The notes under the pieces are model-generated. The model had not been told where the DNA came from. It was given only the letters and a program-made list of their open reading frames with translations, and did not search any database. Shown here piece after piece: positions 1 through 10,077 of a stretch of DNA of 64,000 nt. Where the stretch lies: contig JAZQCF010000008.1 of the NCBI GenBank assembly GCA_045546075.1, positions 17,137 through 81,136 of the forward strand, written 5' to 3'. Made by a program: the position numbers and the translations under genes. This stretch comes from Candidatus Enterousia sp. Lineage in GTDB: Bacteria; Pseudomonadota; Alphaproteobacteria; Rs-D84. Position 1 is the first letter of the stretch. Each line of letters begins with the position of its first letter.

Positions 1-1176
1 CTGCGAACCAATATATGTTTTGCGGTGGCCACGGAAATGTGCCTCGTCTGTAACGCCACCCAACGATATGCGGGCGTATTTGCGCCCCAACGCCGCTGCG
101 ATAGATTTACACAGTGATGTTTTGCCAACCCCCGGCGCACCAACCAGGCACAGAATACTGCCCTTGACGGAACCGGTTTTTTTCATCACGGCAATGTGTT
201 CCAGTATGCGTTCTTTGATTGCCTGCATTCCGGAATGTTCACTGTCCAATATTTTACGCGCCGCGTCCAGGTCGATTTCGGCCCGATCTGCGACACCCCA
301 CGGCATAGCCAACAATTCTTCCAGGTATGTTTTAATCAATCCGCCTTCGTTGGACATCGGCGACATATTGCGCATACGTTTCCATTCACTTAATGCCTTT
401 TCTTTGACATCGGTGGGCATATTGGATTTTTCAATCTTTTTGCGCATACTGGTTGTGTCGACCTCTTCATCGTCTTCGCCCATTTCTTTTTGGATTGCGC
501 GCATTTTTTCTTGCAGAATTGCATCACGCCGTCCTTGTTCCATTTGCATACTGATACGGCGGTTTATGTTTTCTTCTACTTTCGATGTTTCGTATATAAT
601 TCTTACACGTTCGAACAGCATCACCATTTTATCATACCAAGACGGTGTAATCAGGATTTTGATTGCTGCATCGGTATCAATTTCTGTGGTCTGCATCACA
701 GAATCAACAAATGCCGGCATTGGATATGTCTGCATCACATTGCGCAGTTTATCAATCTTGAACTTGCGAAATACGGCGGTGTTTTGAATTGTTTCCAAAA
801 TGCGGTCACGCAATAACAGCGTGCGTTCATCCGCCATATCGTCAGCCATCGGGATATATTCTGTTTCGGCCGAAAAGATTCCATTATTGACCGCAATATC
901 GGTCATTTTTACAACATCTGTGGTGCGTACAATCATATGAATTGTGGAATCCGGCATACGCAGAACCTGAACAATTTCACCGATTGTTCCATATTCGTGA
1001 ATATCATCTGGGGTGCCCGGATACGCAATGCTGTGTTGCGGGGCAATTATTACGCGCCCGTGCGCAGAAACCGCGGCCTCGACACAGGCGATGGATGTTT
1101 GATTATCAACATATAATGGCACGGTCATCCCCGGATGCACGACCAAATCACGACAAGGTAAAATATATTCTTTCAT
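1..1176 (-). CDS. lon: Lon protease, N-terminal ~390 aa (rest lies beyond window start)
   Basis: Reverse translation from ATG at 1176 gives MKEYILPCRDLVVHPGMTVPLYV... and runs into Walker A LVGAPGVGKTSL and HRKTYIGSQ at the window edge. It is open at position 1, so it is absent from the ORF track. The + strand ORFs here are antisense artefacts. Confidence 0.9.
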   Translation of the reverse strand, partial: MKEYILPCRDLVVHPGMTVPLYVDNQTSIACVEAAVSAHGRVIIAPQHSIAYPGTPDDIHEYGTIGEIVQVLRMPDSTIHMIVRTTDVVKMTDIAVNNGIFSAETEYIPMADDMADERTLLLRDRILETIQNTAVFRKFKIDKLRNVMQTYPMPAFVDSVMQTTEIDTDAAIKILITPSWYDKMVMLFERVRIIYETSKVEENINRRISMQMEQGRRDAILQEKMRAIQKEMGEDDEEVDTTSMRKKIEKSNMPTDVKEKALSEWKRMRNMSPMSNEGGLIKTYLEELLAMPWGVADRAEIDLDAARKILDSEHSGMQAIKERILEHIAVMKKTGSVKGSILCLVGAPGVGKTSLCKSIAAALGRKYARISLGGVTDEAHFRGHRKTYIGSQ

Positions 1177-1220
1177 AGCAAGATAAATATAAACTATTTT
1201 TACGACTTTTCAAGGGTAAT

Positions 1221-1248
1221 AAAAAATCCCCAGACTTTGGGGATTTTC
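1221..1248 (-). terminator. Intrinsic terminator after small membrane protein gene
   Basis: Hairpin ATCCCC(A)...GGGGAT followed by a T-run on the minus strand. Confidence 0.6.
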
Positions 1249-1269
1249 AACATATCTGTCCGTATGTCT

Positions 1270-1497
1270 TTAGCGACGACGACCGTTAAAACCGTGTTGT
1301 GCATTGCCGCCCGAACGCTTTGACAGATAGCGTGCCGCAATGATAACCAGCCATTCCAACGCCAATAATCCTAAAAATGCAAATTTCCCTTCGGCAATCG
1401 CAACCCATCCAAGGACGTAAACCAACTGGGCCACAAAAGATGTATATAATACTACGAACATACCGCCAAAAAATACTTTTTTAATTTTTCCTAACAT
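1270..1497 (-). CDS. Small hydrophobic membrane protein (75 aa)
   Basis: Internal start MLGKIKKVFFGGMFVVLYTSF... with AAGG upstream and two hydrophobic segments. The longer ORF-track start at 1599 would overlap the tmRNA gene. Confidence 0.5.
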   Translation of the reverse strand: MLGKIKKVFFGGMFVVLYTSFVAQLVYVLGWVAIAEGKFAFLGLLALEWLVIIAARYLSKRSGGNAQHGFNGRRR

Positions 1498-1526
1498 TTT
1501 ATTACCTTTTTGTTCCTGTTTATGTT

Positions 1527-1836
1527 TTTCAAAATACCGGGTTTCTGGTGCCAGGCACCCGGCCGGCCCCGCAAAAAGCCAAACGGATATAACCAACAAT
1601 CGCCAATTATATCCAACCTATCTATTAGGCAGCCATTGCAAGACGAACATTATCGTTCGCATTCATTTTTTTATTGGTCTTTAACGACACCACGTCGAAT
1701 TCAGCCATTTGCCTTTATCACGTCTGTCGAAACTTATACACCCCCCATATTTTTCTTGGTGGAGGTGCCGGGTACCGCCCCCGGGTCCAAAACGTCTATT
1801 CCACAACGGGTTCAGAATTATCATCACATACGTGAT
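1527..1836 (-). ncRNA. ssrA: Circularly permuted (two-piece) tmRNA gene
   Basis: The minus strand reads ...GGACCCGGGGGCGGTACCCGGCACCTCCACCA. This is a T-arm-like hairpin CCGGG/CCCGG abutting the acceptor 3' strand CACCTCC, then A and CCA at 1757-1759. After a 10-nt spacer comes GGGGGGTGTATAAGTTTCGAC (5' acceptor strand giving a G3:U70 pair, plus the TTCGAC box). A tag frame and a 3' hairpin with T-run near 1527-1560 follow. The ends are approximate. Confidence 0.75.
1625..1660 (-). other. tmRNA tag reading frame ANDNVRLAMAA with double stop
   Basis: GCG AAC GAT AAT GTT CGT CTT GCA ATG GCT GCC TAA TAG on the minus strand. The ANDN... start and ...AA end are typical of alphaproteobacterial tags. 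Confidence 0.7.
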
Positions 1837-1842
1837 ATAACG

Positions 1843-1870
1843 ATTATAATCTTTATACTGGAAATTGCAA
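1843..1870 (-). promoter_or_regulatory. Sigma70-like promoter for ssrA
   Basis: TTGCAA (1865-1870), 16-nt spacer, TATAAT (1843-1848) on the minus strand. Confidence 0.5.
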
Positions 1871-1878
1871 GTTTTTAA

Positions 1879-3643
<1,765 letters not shown>

Positions 3644-3705
3644 TTGTTTTGCTTTTTGCATAAACACCTGTTATCATTTGAGCACTTTAATCCAAGGAGA
3701 AAAAT

Positions 3706-4329
3706 ATGAACTCATTAAAAGGCACCAGAACCGAAAAAAACCTGTTGATTGCATTTGCCGGCGAATCCCAGGCGCGCAATCGTTATTCTTTCTTTGCGTC
3801 CCGTGCCAAGGACGAAGGGTACCAGGCAATCGGTAAAATATTTCTTGAGACCGCAGAACAAGAACGCGAACACGCATCCCGCCTGTTCAAGTTTCTGGAA
3901 GGCGGCGCTATCGAGATAACCGCGTCTTTCCCGGCGGGCAAAATAGGCACAACATTGGAAAACTTACAGGCGGCGGCATATGGCGAACACGAAGAAAACA
4001 CCGATATGTATCCGCGTTTTGCGCAAATTGCGGCCGAAGAAGGTTTTGATTCTATCGCTGAAATATTAAAGAATATTGGCCTTGCCGAACGGTATCATGA
4101 ATCGCGCTTTCGTGCGCTGGCCGATGCGATTGAAAACGGTACATTGTTCAAACAGGATAAAATCGTTATGTGGCGTTGCACAAATTGCGGTATGTGGCAC
4201 ATTGGAACCGAGGCCCCAACCGTTTGCCCGGCGTGCCTGCATGCCCAGGGTTATTTTATAAGCGAAGGCACAATTTCCCGTTGTGACACAAACGAAGGTT
4301 TCTGTGAATACGCAAAAATTGATGATTAG
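3706..4329 (+). CDS. rbr: Rubrerythrin
   Basis: LKGTRTEKNLLIAFAGESQARNRY, EHAS/EHEE di-iron ligand motifs, and a C-terminal rubredoxin-like CTNCG...CPAC. Confidence 0.85.
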   Translation: MNSLKGTRTEKNLLIAFAGESQARNRYSFFASRAKDEGYQAIGKIFLETAEQEREHASRLFKFLEGGAIEITASFPAGKIGTTLENLQAAAYGEHEENTDMYPRFAQIAAEEGFDSIAEILKNIGLAERYHESRFRALADAIENGTLFKQDKIVMWRCTNCGMWHIGTEAPTVCPACLHAQGYFISEGTISRCDTNEGFCEYAKIDD

Positions 4330-4350
4330 TATTGAATATAAAAATAAAAG

Positions 4351-4378
4351 AACCGGCGCAGAAATGCGCCGGTTTTTT
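4351..4378. terminator. Bidirectional intrinsic terminator
   Basis: AACCGGCGCA-GAAA-TGCGCCGGTT followed by TTTT, with an A-run on the other side. Confidence 0.7.
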
Positions 4379-4379
4379 A

Positions 4380-4694
4380 CTATCTTTCAATTCCAAACTG
4401 TTTCATAATCTGTTGTGCCTGGGCGACCTTTTGTTTTAATGTTTTTTTGCTGCTTTCGTATTGATTAAATCCGCCAACGCTAACGCCACCTTTGCCGTCG
4501 GATTTCAGTTTTGTTTCATCCAATTTTTCAAATGCCTTGGTTAAATTTTCTTTTTCTTTACCAGACTTCATTTTATCCAGATATTCTGCTATGATGTGTG
4601 TGGCATCTTCATACTCGTCAATCAGTGTCTGTTTGCCCGATAATTTGTTTATGCCATTACGCAGTGCCAAAGCAAGTTTTCTTTTATCGACCAT
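4380..4694 (-). CDS. Hypothetical protein (104 aa, Lys/Glu-rich)
   Basis: ORF lying between two terminators; no motif recognised. Confidence 0.45.
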   Translation of the reverse strand: MVDKRKLALALRNGINKLSGKQTLIDEYEDATHIIAEYLDKMKSGKEKENLTKAFEKLDETKLKSDGKGGVSVGGFNQYESSKKTLKQKVAQAQQIMKQFGIER

Positions 4695-4760
4695 CTTGTA
4701 TCTCCTCGTTTTAGTCAGGGAAAATTATACCACAAAACACTAATAAAGTCAACACAATAT

Positions 4761-4785
4761 AAAAGGCGCAATTTGCGCCGGTTTT
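4761..4785 (-). terminator. Intrinsic terminator
   Basis: GGCGCA-ATT-TGCGCC hairpin with flanking A/T runs. Confidence 0.6.
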
Positions 4786-4786
4786 G

Positions 4787-5521
4787 TTATCTTGATTTTT
4801 GGCTGGACATATAATTGCGCAAATTGTTTGCGTATCTGTTCACTTTTCTTTGCACTTTTGTCGGCATGGTTTCAATATCAAATGTATCCAGAATTTTTTG
4901 TGCATCAAACGGGTGTTTCTTTAAGTGTCCCAGTATAATATTTTGTGCGACATTTATGTCTGTGACAGATTCAGGATTCTGCATCATTTTATCAAACAGT
5001 CCGGGGTTATATTTAGAAATATATTGTATTAAAATTCTTTCCAATTTTTCACAGTTGATTTGGTCGGTTAAATCCAATTGGTAATCTGATTCCTTTAAAT
5101 ATCTGCTGGTGGCATTGCGTATTTGGAATATATCGTCTTTCATCCATTTGTTTACCCTAGGGGTGATATAAATACTCCACCCAAATGCCATACATACAAA
5201 AAAAGCAGATATACTGCTGCAGACGGCACGTGCCGGTTCAGAAAGTTTTTCTTGGTTGATACCACATAGTGCCAAAGGAATACATGATATCAGCGGCCAC
5301 ACCCATTGATTCAACAAACCCGACCGCACCATCAAAAACGGGGGCAGGCTTTCCGCCCGTTTTCTCTCTCTCGCCACGCGTTTTGCTTCGGCCTTGTCCG
5401 CTTTTTCCATTGCCCTTGCCACGCGTTCTTGTTCTTGTTTTACTATTCGTTCTTGTTCGGCGTTGTATCCTGGAAAGGCCTGTTTTGTTGTATTATTGTT
5501 CATATTGTACTCCTTAATCAT
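4787..5521 (-). CDS. Hypothetical membrane protein (244 aa; start may be 5503)
   Basis: Charged N-terminus (KQEQERVARAMEKADKAEAKR), then two hydrophobic segments. Confidence 0.5.
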   Translation of the reverse strand: MIKEYNMNNNTTKQAFPGYNAEQERIVKQEQERVARAMEKADKAEAKRVARERKRAESLPPFLMVRSGLLNQWVWPLISCIPLALCGINQEKLSEPARAVCSSISAFFVCMAFGWSIYITPRVNKWMKDDIFQIRNATSRYLKESDYQLDLTDQINCEKLERILIQYISKYNPGLFDKMMQNPESVTDINVAQNIILGHLKKHPFDAQKILDTFDIETMPTKVQRKVNRYANNLRNYMSSQKSR

Positions 5522-5963
5522 TTTTAATTTCTAATTCGTCCAAGAATCGGTCCAGTTTGCGCAAAGAACTGTTTTGGCAACCACGCCCACGCCAAGACAA
5601 AATTTCTTCGCCGGTTTTCTGGTCTGCGATTGAAACGCTAAATTTCCACCACCAAAAACCGTTAAACACGCACCACCACGGCATAAAAGATTCGGTACTG
5701 TATCCAGCACGAAAGATATATTGGGTGTCTGCCGGTAAAACAGTTGTTTTGCTACTGCTTAAACCGTCTTCTGATTTTTTCTGTTTCCCGATGCGAACAT
5801 CATATCCGCGTTTTTCAAGATGTTCTTTGATTGCGCGTTCAAGTCCAGTGCCGGCGGGGTCCGCTTGAATAATTGCGCCCGGTTCCATTGTGTTTGGTTT
5901 GATGTAAACACTGTTACACGCGGTCATTAAAATCAGGGAAAATAAAACGATAATTTTCTTCAT
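5514..5963 (-). CDS. Putative lipoprotein (149 aa)
   Basis: Internal start MKKIIVLFSLILMTAC gives a lipobox (LMTAC). The ORF-track start at 6035 would run into tRNA-derived repeats. Confidence 0.55.
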   Translation of the reverse strand: MKKIIVLFSLILMTACNSVYIKPNTMEPGAIIQADPAGTGLERAIKEHLEKRGYDVRIGKQKKSEDGLSSSKTTVLPADTQYIFRAGYSTESFMPWWCVFNGFWWWKFSVSIADQKTGEEILSWRGRGCQNSSLRKLDRFLDELEIKND

Positions 5964-5998
5964 CGTAACTCCAAATACGTGGCGCGAACAAAATCGCG

Positions 5999-6017
5999 TG
6001 GCGCACCCGGCGCGATT
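5999..6017 (-). repeat. 19-nt duplicate of the tRNA-Arg 3' end
   Basis: TGGCGCACCCGGCGCGATT is identical to 6163-6181. A further partial copy (AAATCGCGTGGCGCAC) lies at 6104-6119. Confidence 0.75.
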
Positions 6018-6162
6018 GTTCGCTTCGCTTACCACTCGTAAGGCGCGAACTGCGCGTTTTCACGCTTGTTCTTGCCAACTATCGTGTCGAACGCGGCGCG
6101 TTCAAATCGCGTGGCGCACAACAACAAATTCAAATTATCACTTCGTGATAATTTAAATTTAT

Positions 6163-6239
6163 TGGCGCACCCGGCGCGATTCGAACGCGCAATCCCCGCC
6201 TTCGGAGGGCGATGCTCTATCCAGTTAAGCCACGGGTGC
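6163..6239 (-). tRNA. tRNA-Arg (anticodon CCG)
   Basis: GCACCCG acceptor, anticodon arm TCGCC-CTCCGAA-GGCGG, T arm GCGCG-TTCGAAT-CGCGC, CCA encoded. Confidence 0.9.
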
Positions 6240-6288
6240 GTGTGCCAGTCCATATTATATTTGTTATTGTCCAAATTGCAAGCATAAA

Positions 6289-7008
6289 TCAACGCGAACA
6301 TTTGCGTGGATGAATCATATTGCATATGGATTTGAAGCGTTTGCGGTCTATGTCTTGGCCGCTGATTTTTCCCCAATGTTTTACCAGTCCCCAAAAATCA
6401 GTTTTCGAACAATAACACGGGTATTTTACGGCCACAGATGCCAAAAATGTATTCAATGTCGTCATAGATACCGATGCCATATCTAACAGTCCGGCGAATT
6501 CCCATCGCGGCCCCAGCAAAATGTTCCCTGCATGTAAATCATTGTGATACAGTTTCATTGGTATATCGAAAATTTTGTTTGCTATAAAATCTTGATGTGA
6601 ATTGAACATATTATGCGACATTTTCTGGATCGGGATGTTCACATTTGATATTTTATAAACCACGTCCATTGCATCACAGTATATTGAAAAAATCAAATCG
6701 CGCGGCAATCCCAATTTAATCCATTCGGCCAGCGTTTTATTCGGGTTATATTCGTATGTGGTAAAGAACAATCCGTCATAATTTGCAATTTTTATATTCG
6801 GCACGCAAATATCGTTTTTGCGCAGTTTTTCAGAAACATATCGGTCATGACGACAAACAGATTCTTTATCAAATTTACACACGATTTTTTTCTTTGGCGT
6901 GTGCGCAATCAGTATATTTGAATTTATCCCCAAAACATCCGGTTCTGTTATGTCATAAACGCCGGGAAAAGTATTTTTTATTGCCTTAACAAATTTTGGG
7001 TTTTTCAT
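6289..7008 (-). CDS. Phosphotransferase (APH/choline-kinase-like) family protein
   Basis: Catalytic-loop-like motif LYHNDLHAGNILL followed by LLDM. Confidence 0.55.
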   Translation of the reverse strand: MKNPKFVKAIKNTFPGVYDITEPDVLGINSNILIAHTPKKKIVCKFDKESVCRHDRYVSEKLRKNDICVPNIKIANYDGLFFTTYEYNPNKTLAEWIKLGLPRDLIFSIYCDAMDVVYKISNVNIPIQKMSHNMFNSHQDFIANKIFDIPMKLYHNDLHAGNILLGPRWEFAGLLDMASVSMTTLNTFLASVAVKYPCYCSKTDFWGLVKHWGKISGQDIDRKRFKSICNMIHPRKCSR

Positions 7009-7011
7009 ATT

Positions 7012-8086
7012 TTAATATCCACCTTGCAACAGACTTAACATAAAACCGTCCAAATCCCCATCCAACACGGCCCCAGAATCCGCTGTTTCAAATCCGGTGC
7101 GAACGTCTTTGACCAACTGGTACGGATACAATACATAGTTTCGAATCTGGCTGCCCCACTCAATTTTTTTCTGGGCGGCCTTGGCGGCATCTTCTTCGGC
7201 GGCGCGTTTTTTTAATTCCAGTTCATACAATCGCGACCGCAGCATTTTCATCGCCATATCTTTGTTTTGAAATTGGCTGCGTTCGTTTTGGCACGTAACG
7301 ACAATTCCGGTTGGAATATGGGTTATACGAACGGCACTGTCGGTTTTGTTTACGTGTTGCCCGCCCGCGCCCGATGAACGATATGTGTCAATGCGCAAAT
7401 CTTTATCATTTATTTCAATTTGTATGGAATCATCAACATCCGGCCACACGTCCACAGACGCAAAACTGGTTTGGCGTTTGCCGTTCGCATTAAAAGGCGA
7501 AATTCGCACCAACCGATGCACCCCGATTTCATTGCGCAACCATCCATACGCGCGTTCGCCGACAATTCGCATTGTAATACTTTTTATTCCCGCGGTGTCG
7601 CCTTCGTGTTCTTCAACCACCTCTACCGCAAAGTTATGGCGTTCGGCCCAACGGGTATACATGCGGGTCAGCATTTGCGCCCAATCTTGGGCCTCGGTTC
7701 CACCGGCACCGGCCTGGATAAACAAAAATGCGTCGTTGCCGTCCGCCGGATTACTGAACAAAGTAATATATTTTGCGTGTTGCACGCGCGCCGCCAATTT
7801 TTCAATGCCGTCTATGACATCGGCATCATCGGGGGCAATCGCATACAGTTCGGCAATGTTTTTATATTCATCATCCATCGCGACAAATTCGTTCAGTTCG
7901 CGTTCCAATGCGGATTTTTTCTGTAATAACGCGCGTGCCGCGTCCGGGTTATCCCATAAATCGGGGGCCAAAGATTTTTCTGTTATATCGGCAATTTGTT
8001 CCCGTAATTTATCGGGGTCAAAGAAACCCCCGAATTGCAATCAGGTTATCGTTGATTTCATTCAAAACTTCGTTTGGTAAAATCAT
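7012..8086 (-). CDS. prfB: Peptide chain release factor 2, with programmed +1 frameshift
   Basis: Frame 0 reads MILPNEVLNEINDNLIAIRGFL and stops at TGA (8018-8020). The +1 frame continues DPDKLREQ...GAGGTEAQDW...SGAGGQHVNKTDSAVR (GGQ motif). Confidence 0.92.
8017..8031 (-). promoter_or_regulatory. RF2 autoregulatory frameshift site
   Basis: GGGGG T TT CTT TGA C: an internal SD-like element upstream of the CTT-TGA-C slippery site. Confidence 0.85.
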
Positions 8087-8185
8087 ATTTTGATATTACC
8101 ATCAAAAATTGTAAAATCAACCATAAATCAAGTGTTGCGTTTTTTATTCATCTGTGATAAAATCATTCCTAAGAGAGAGGTTTCA

Positions 8186-9430
8186 ATGAAACATTTATTC
8201 AAAATACTTGGACCAATTTGTGCATGTGTTGTCGGTGCATCTGCGTATGGGGTATCGGCGGGAACGGTTGCGAATAATGCCGCCCGTGGCATTATAAATC
8301 CAACTGTGGCGATTGGCACGGCGGGAACGCTGCGCGGGAACCAGGGATTGGCCAACGCATATAAACAAAATATGCGTAATACGTATTATATGGTAAATGT
8401 TCCCGACGTGGACAGTGCGTGCCGCACCAAAATCGATAAATGTTTAACCGATTATTGTGGTGATATAACCGTTGTCCCGGGCCAGGTTTCTGGTCGTTGT
8501 GCATACGCCACGGAAAGTGAATTATATAATTATGTCTTGTTGTGTCTGCGTAATGATACATCAATGTTGTTGCCGAACTATGCGGCGGGAACCAAGATGG
8601 GTGTGGGTGGCGTGAATACGGCGGCACACCTGTGTCCATCCTATGTCCAACAAGAATTAATGGCGTGGCTTTCTATGTCAAATATGGCGAACGAATTAAC
8701 CAAGGCACATTCGCCCCAGTGCCTGCAACGTCGCCAGGAATTAGAGGCCGCATTATCGTGTCACGCGGTTGCGTTGGCATATGGTAACGAAACATCCAGT
8801 ATGTTAATGTCGCAATTAACTGATTTTTGTGGCGCGGGCGTTCCGGGTGGTTCGGCCGAAATGGTTTCGCGTTTTGCGAACGCCGGAAACGTCGGGGCAA
8901 ATATTTGGGGCTGGGCGGAAAAGATTGTTAGCCTGGATATGAACAAAAAGGCGGCTGATTGGGAAACGGCGGTTGATGCGGTATTGGCATCATATACGAA
9001 TCGTATGAATTTGGCGTGTGGTGAAGATATGCAATTAAATTTGCCGGCGCGTGACAGTTCGAATAATAATTCTGGCCTGCAAACGGCGGCGGCGATTGCG
9101 GCAACTGTGGCATTCCCGGATACACAAAAAAAAACTAACAACGATGCCGTAAAGTCGGGAATGTTTTTGGAAATAAAATCCCGCCAAGAAATCTATGATT
9201 ATCCAACCGCAAATACCGTGGTCCAGGCGGGATTAACAAATTCTGTCCTGACACAAAATGCGTTCTTTACCCCATCCCAAATGGATGATATGCAAAACGC
9301 GTACAAGGCGGGGACAAATGTATTCATCTTGCGCGACAGCACGCGTTGCTTTATTGTTCCGGTTGCGGAAATGACGGCGGCGGAAAAATCTATGGTTGCG
9401 CAACAATTCGGCACATGTATTTATAAGTAG
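8186..9430 (+). CDS. Secreted cysteine-rich hypothetical protein (414 aa)
   Basis: GAGAGG RBS, signal-like MKHLFKILGPICACVVGASAYG, many Cys; no family recognised. Confidence 0.55.
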   Translation: MKHLFKILGPICACVVGASAYGVSAGTVANNAARGIINPTVAIGTAGTLRGNQGLANAYKQNMRNTYYMVNVPDVDSACRTKIDKCLTDYCGDITVVPGQVSGRCAYATESELYNYVLLCLRNDTSMLLPNYAAGTKMGVGGVNTAAHLCPSYVQQELMAWLSMSNMANELTKAHSPQCLQRRQELEAALSCHAVALAYGNETSSMLMSQLTDFCGAGVPGGSAEMVSRFANAGNVGANIWGWAEKIVSLDMNKKAADWETAVDAVLASYTNRMNLACGEDMQLNLPARDSSNNNSGLQTAAAIAATVAFPDTQKKTNNDAVKSGMFLEIKSRQEIYDYPTANTVVQAGLTNSVLTQNAFFTPSQMDDMQNAYKAGTNVFILRDSTRCFIVPVAEMTAAEKSMVAQQFGTCIYK

Positions 9431-9475
9431 TGGGAATCAATTATTTATGTTCGCGCGCCTGCGCGCACCAATTCC

Positions 9476-9542
9476 CTGCGGGGCAAGTCTCGCCTTTGGC
9501 TCGACTGGGTACCGCCCTTCGGCGGTATGACGGGTATCTGGA
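9476..9542. repeat. Left inverted repeat of GIY-YIG cassette
   Basis: Its reverse complement is TCCAGATACCCGTCATACCGCCGAAGGGCGGTACCCAG..., with an internal hairpin TACCGCC-GAAG-GGCGGTA. Confidence 0.8.
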
Positions 9543-9572
9543 AATTTTCTATTTTTTTCAAACCATCTGGAA

Positions 9573-9896
9573 TTATTCTTCAAATGGGGCAAATCCGTAT
9601 TCGGCCAAGATACCGTTATATAAATCGTACCAATTTGGATTTTTTTCTATTATCAATCGAATTTTCCAATTACGGTGCCATTCTTTTAATTGACGTTCGC
9701 GTGCGACCATATTTTCCAGGCTGTCATACCATTCCACATATACTAATTTATCAAGATTGTGTCTTGCGGTAAAACTTTTTGGATAAATTTTCTTTTTATG
9801 TTCATACACACGTTGAATTATATTTGACGTGGAACCGATATACAATGTTCCATTTCTTTTATTCGTCATAATATAAACGCAACCACCATCTTTCAT
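9573..9896 (-). CDS. GIY-YIG nuclease superfamily protein (UPF0213/YhbQ-like, 107 aa)
   Basis: VYIMTNKRNGTLYIGSTSNIIQRVYEHK (GIY...YIG), then RERQLKEW. Confidence 0.8.
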   Translation of the reverse strand: MKDGGCVYIMTNKRNGTLYIGSTSNIIQRVYEHKKKIYPKSFTARHNLDKLVYVEWYDSLENMVARERQLKEWHRNWKIRLIIEKNPNWYDLYNGILAEYGFAPFEE

Positions 9897-9947
9897 AAAG
9901 CGAATACTAAGATAAATAAAACAAATTTCAATAAGTAAAAATATTGT

Positions 9948-10015
9948 TCCAGATACCCGTCATCCCGGCGAAGGCCGGGACCCAGGCCGAGCGATAGCGA
10001 GGACTTGCGTCGCAG
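9948..10015. repeat. Right inverted repeat of GIY-YIG cassette
   Basis: TCCAGATACCCGTCATCCCGGCGAAGGCCGGGACCCAG..., with a compensated hairpin TCCCGGC-GAAG-GCCGGGA. A partial extra copy CGTCATCCCG lies at 10028-10037. Confidence 0.8.
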
Positions 10016-10047
10016 ACATTCATATTTCGTCATCCCGAATTTTTTTG

Positions 10048-10077
10048 TTTGGAATAAAAACCGATTCGTGTTATAAT
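10048..10077 (+). promoter_or_regulatory. Promoter of paralog F1
   Basis: TTTGGA, 18-nt spacer, TATAAT. The spacer and start region (CCGATTCGTGTT...GAACCAAT) are homologous to the promoters at 18033 and 51494. Confidence 0.5.

Larger units (their letters stand above)
9476..10015. mobile_element. Candidate GIY-YIG nuclease cassette bounded by ~67-nt structured inverted repeats
   Basis: The arms 9476-9542 and 9948-10015 are reverse complements (~80% identity) flanking the 107-aa GIY-YIG ORF. See findings. Confidence 0.55.

Noticed and set aside
20-1178. Plus-strand ORFs (20-787, 196-393, 490-816, 942-1178)
   Set aside because: They are antisense to an unambiguous Lon protease reading frame (Walker A, N-domain) and their translations are low-complexity, so I treat them as shadow ORFs.
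1270-1599. Full-length 109-aa version of the small membrane ORF
   Set aside because: The N-terminal 34 codons would overlap the 3' hairpin and terminator of the tmRNA coding piece. An internal ATG with an AAGG upstream gives a coherent 75-aa membrane protein.
7346-8093. Plus-strand ORFs of 244, 168 and 61 aa
   Set aside because: They are antisense to prfB, whose frame is confirmed by the GGQ motif and the frameshift site.
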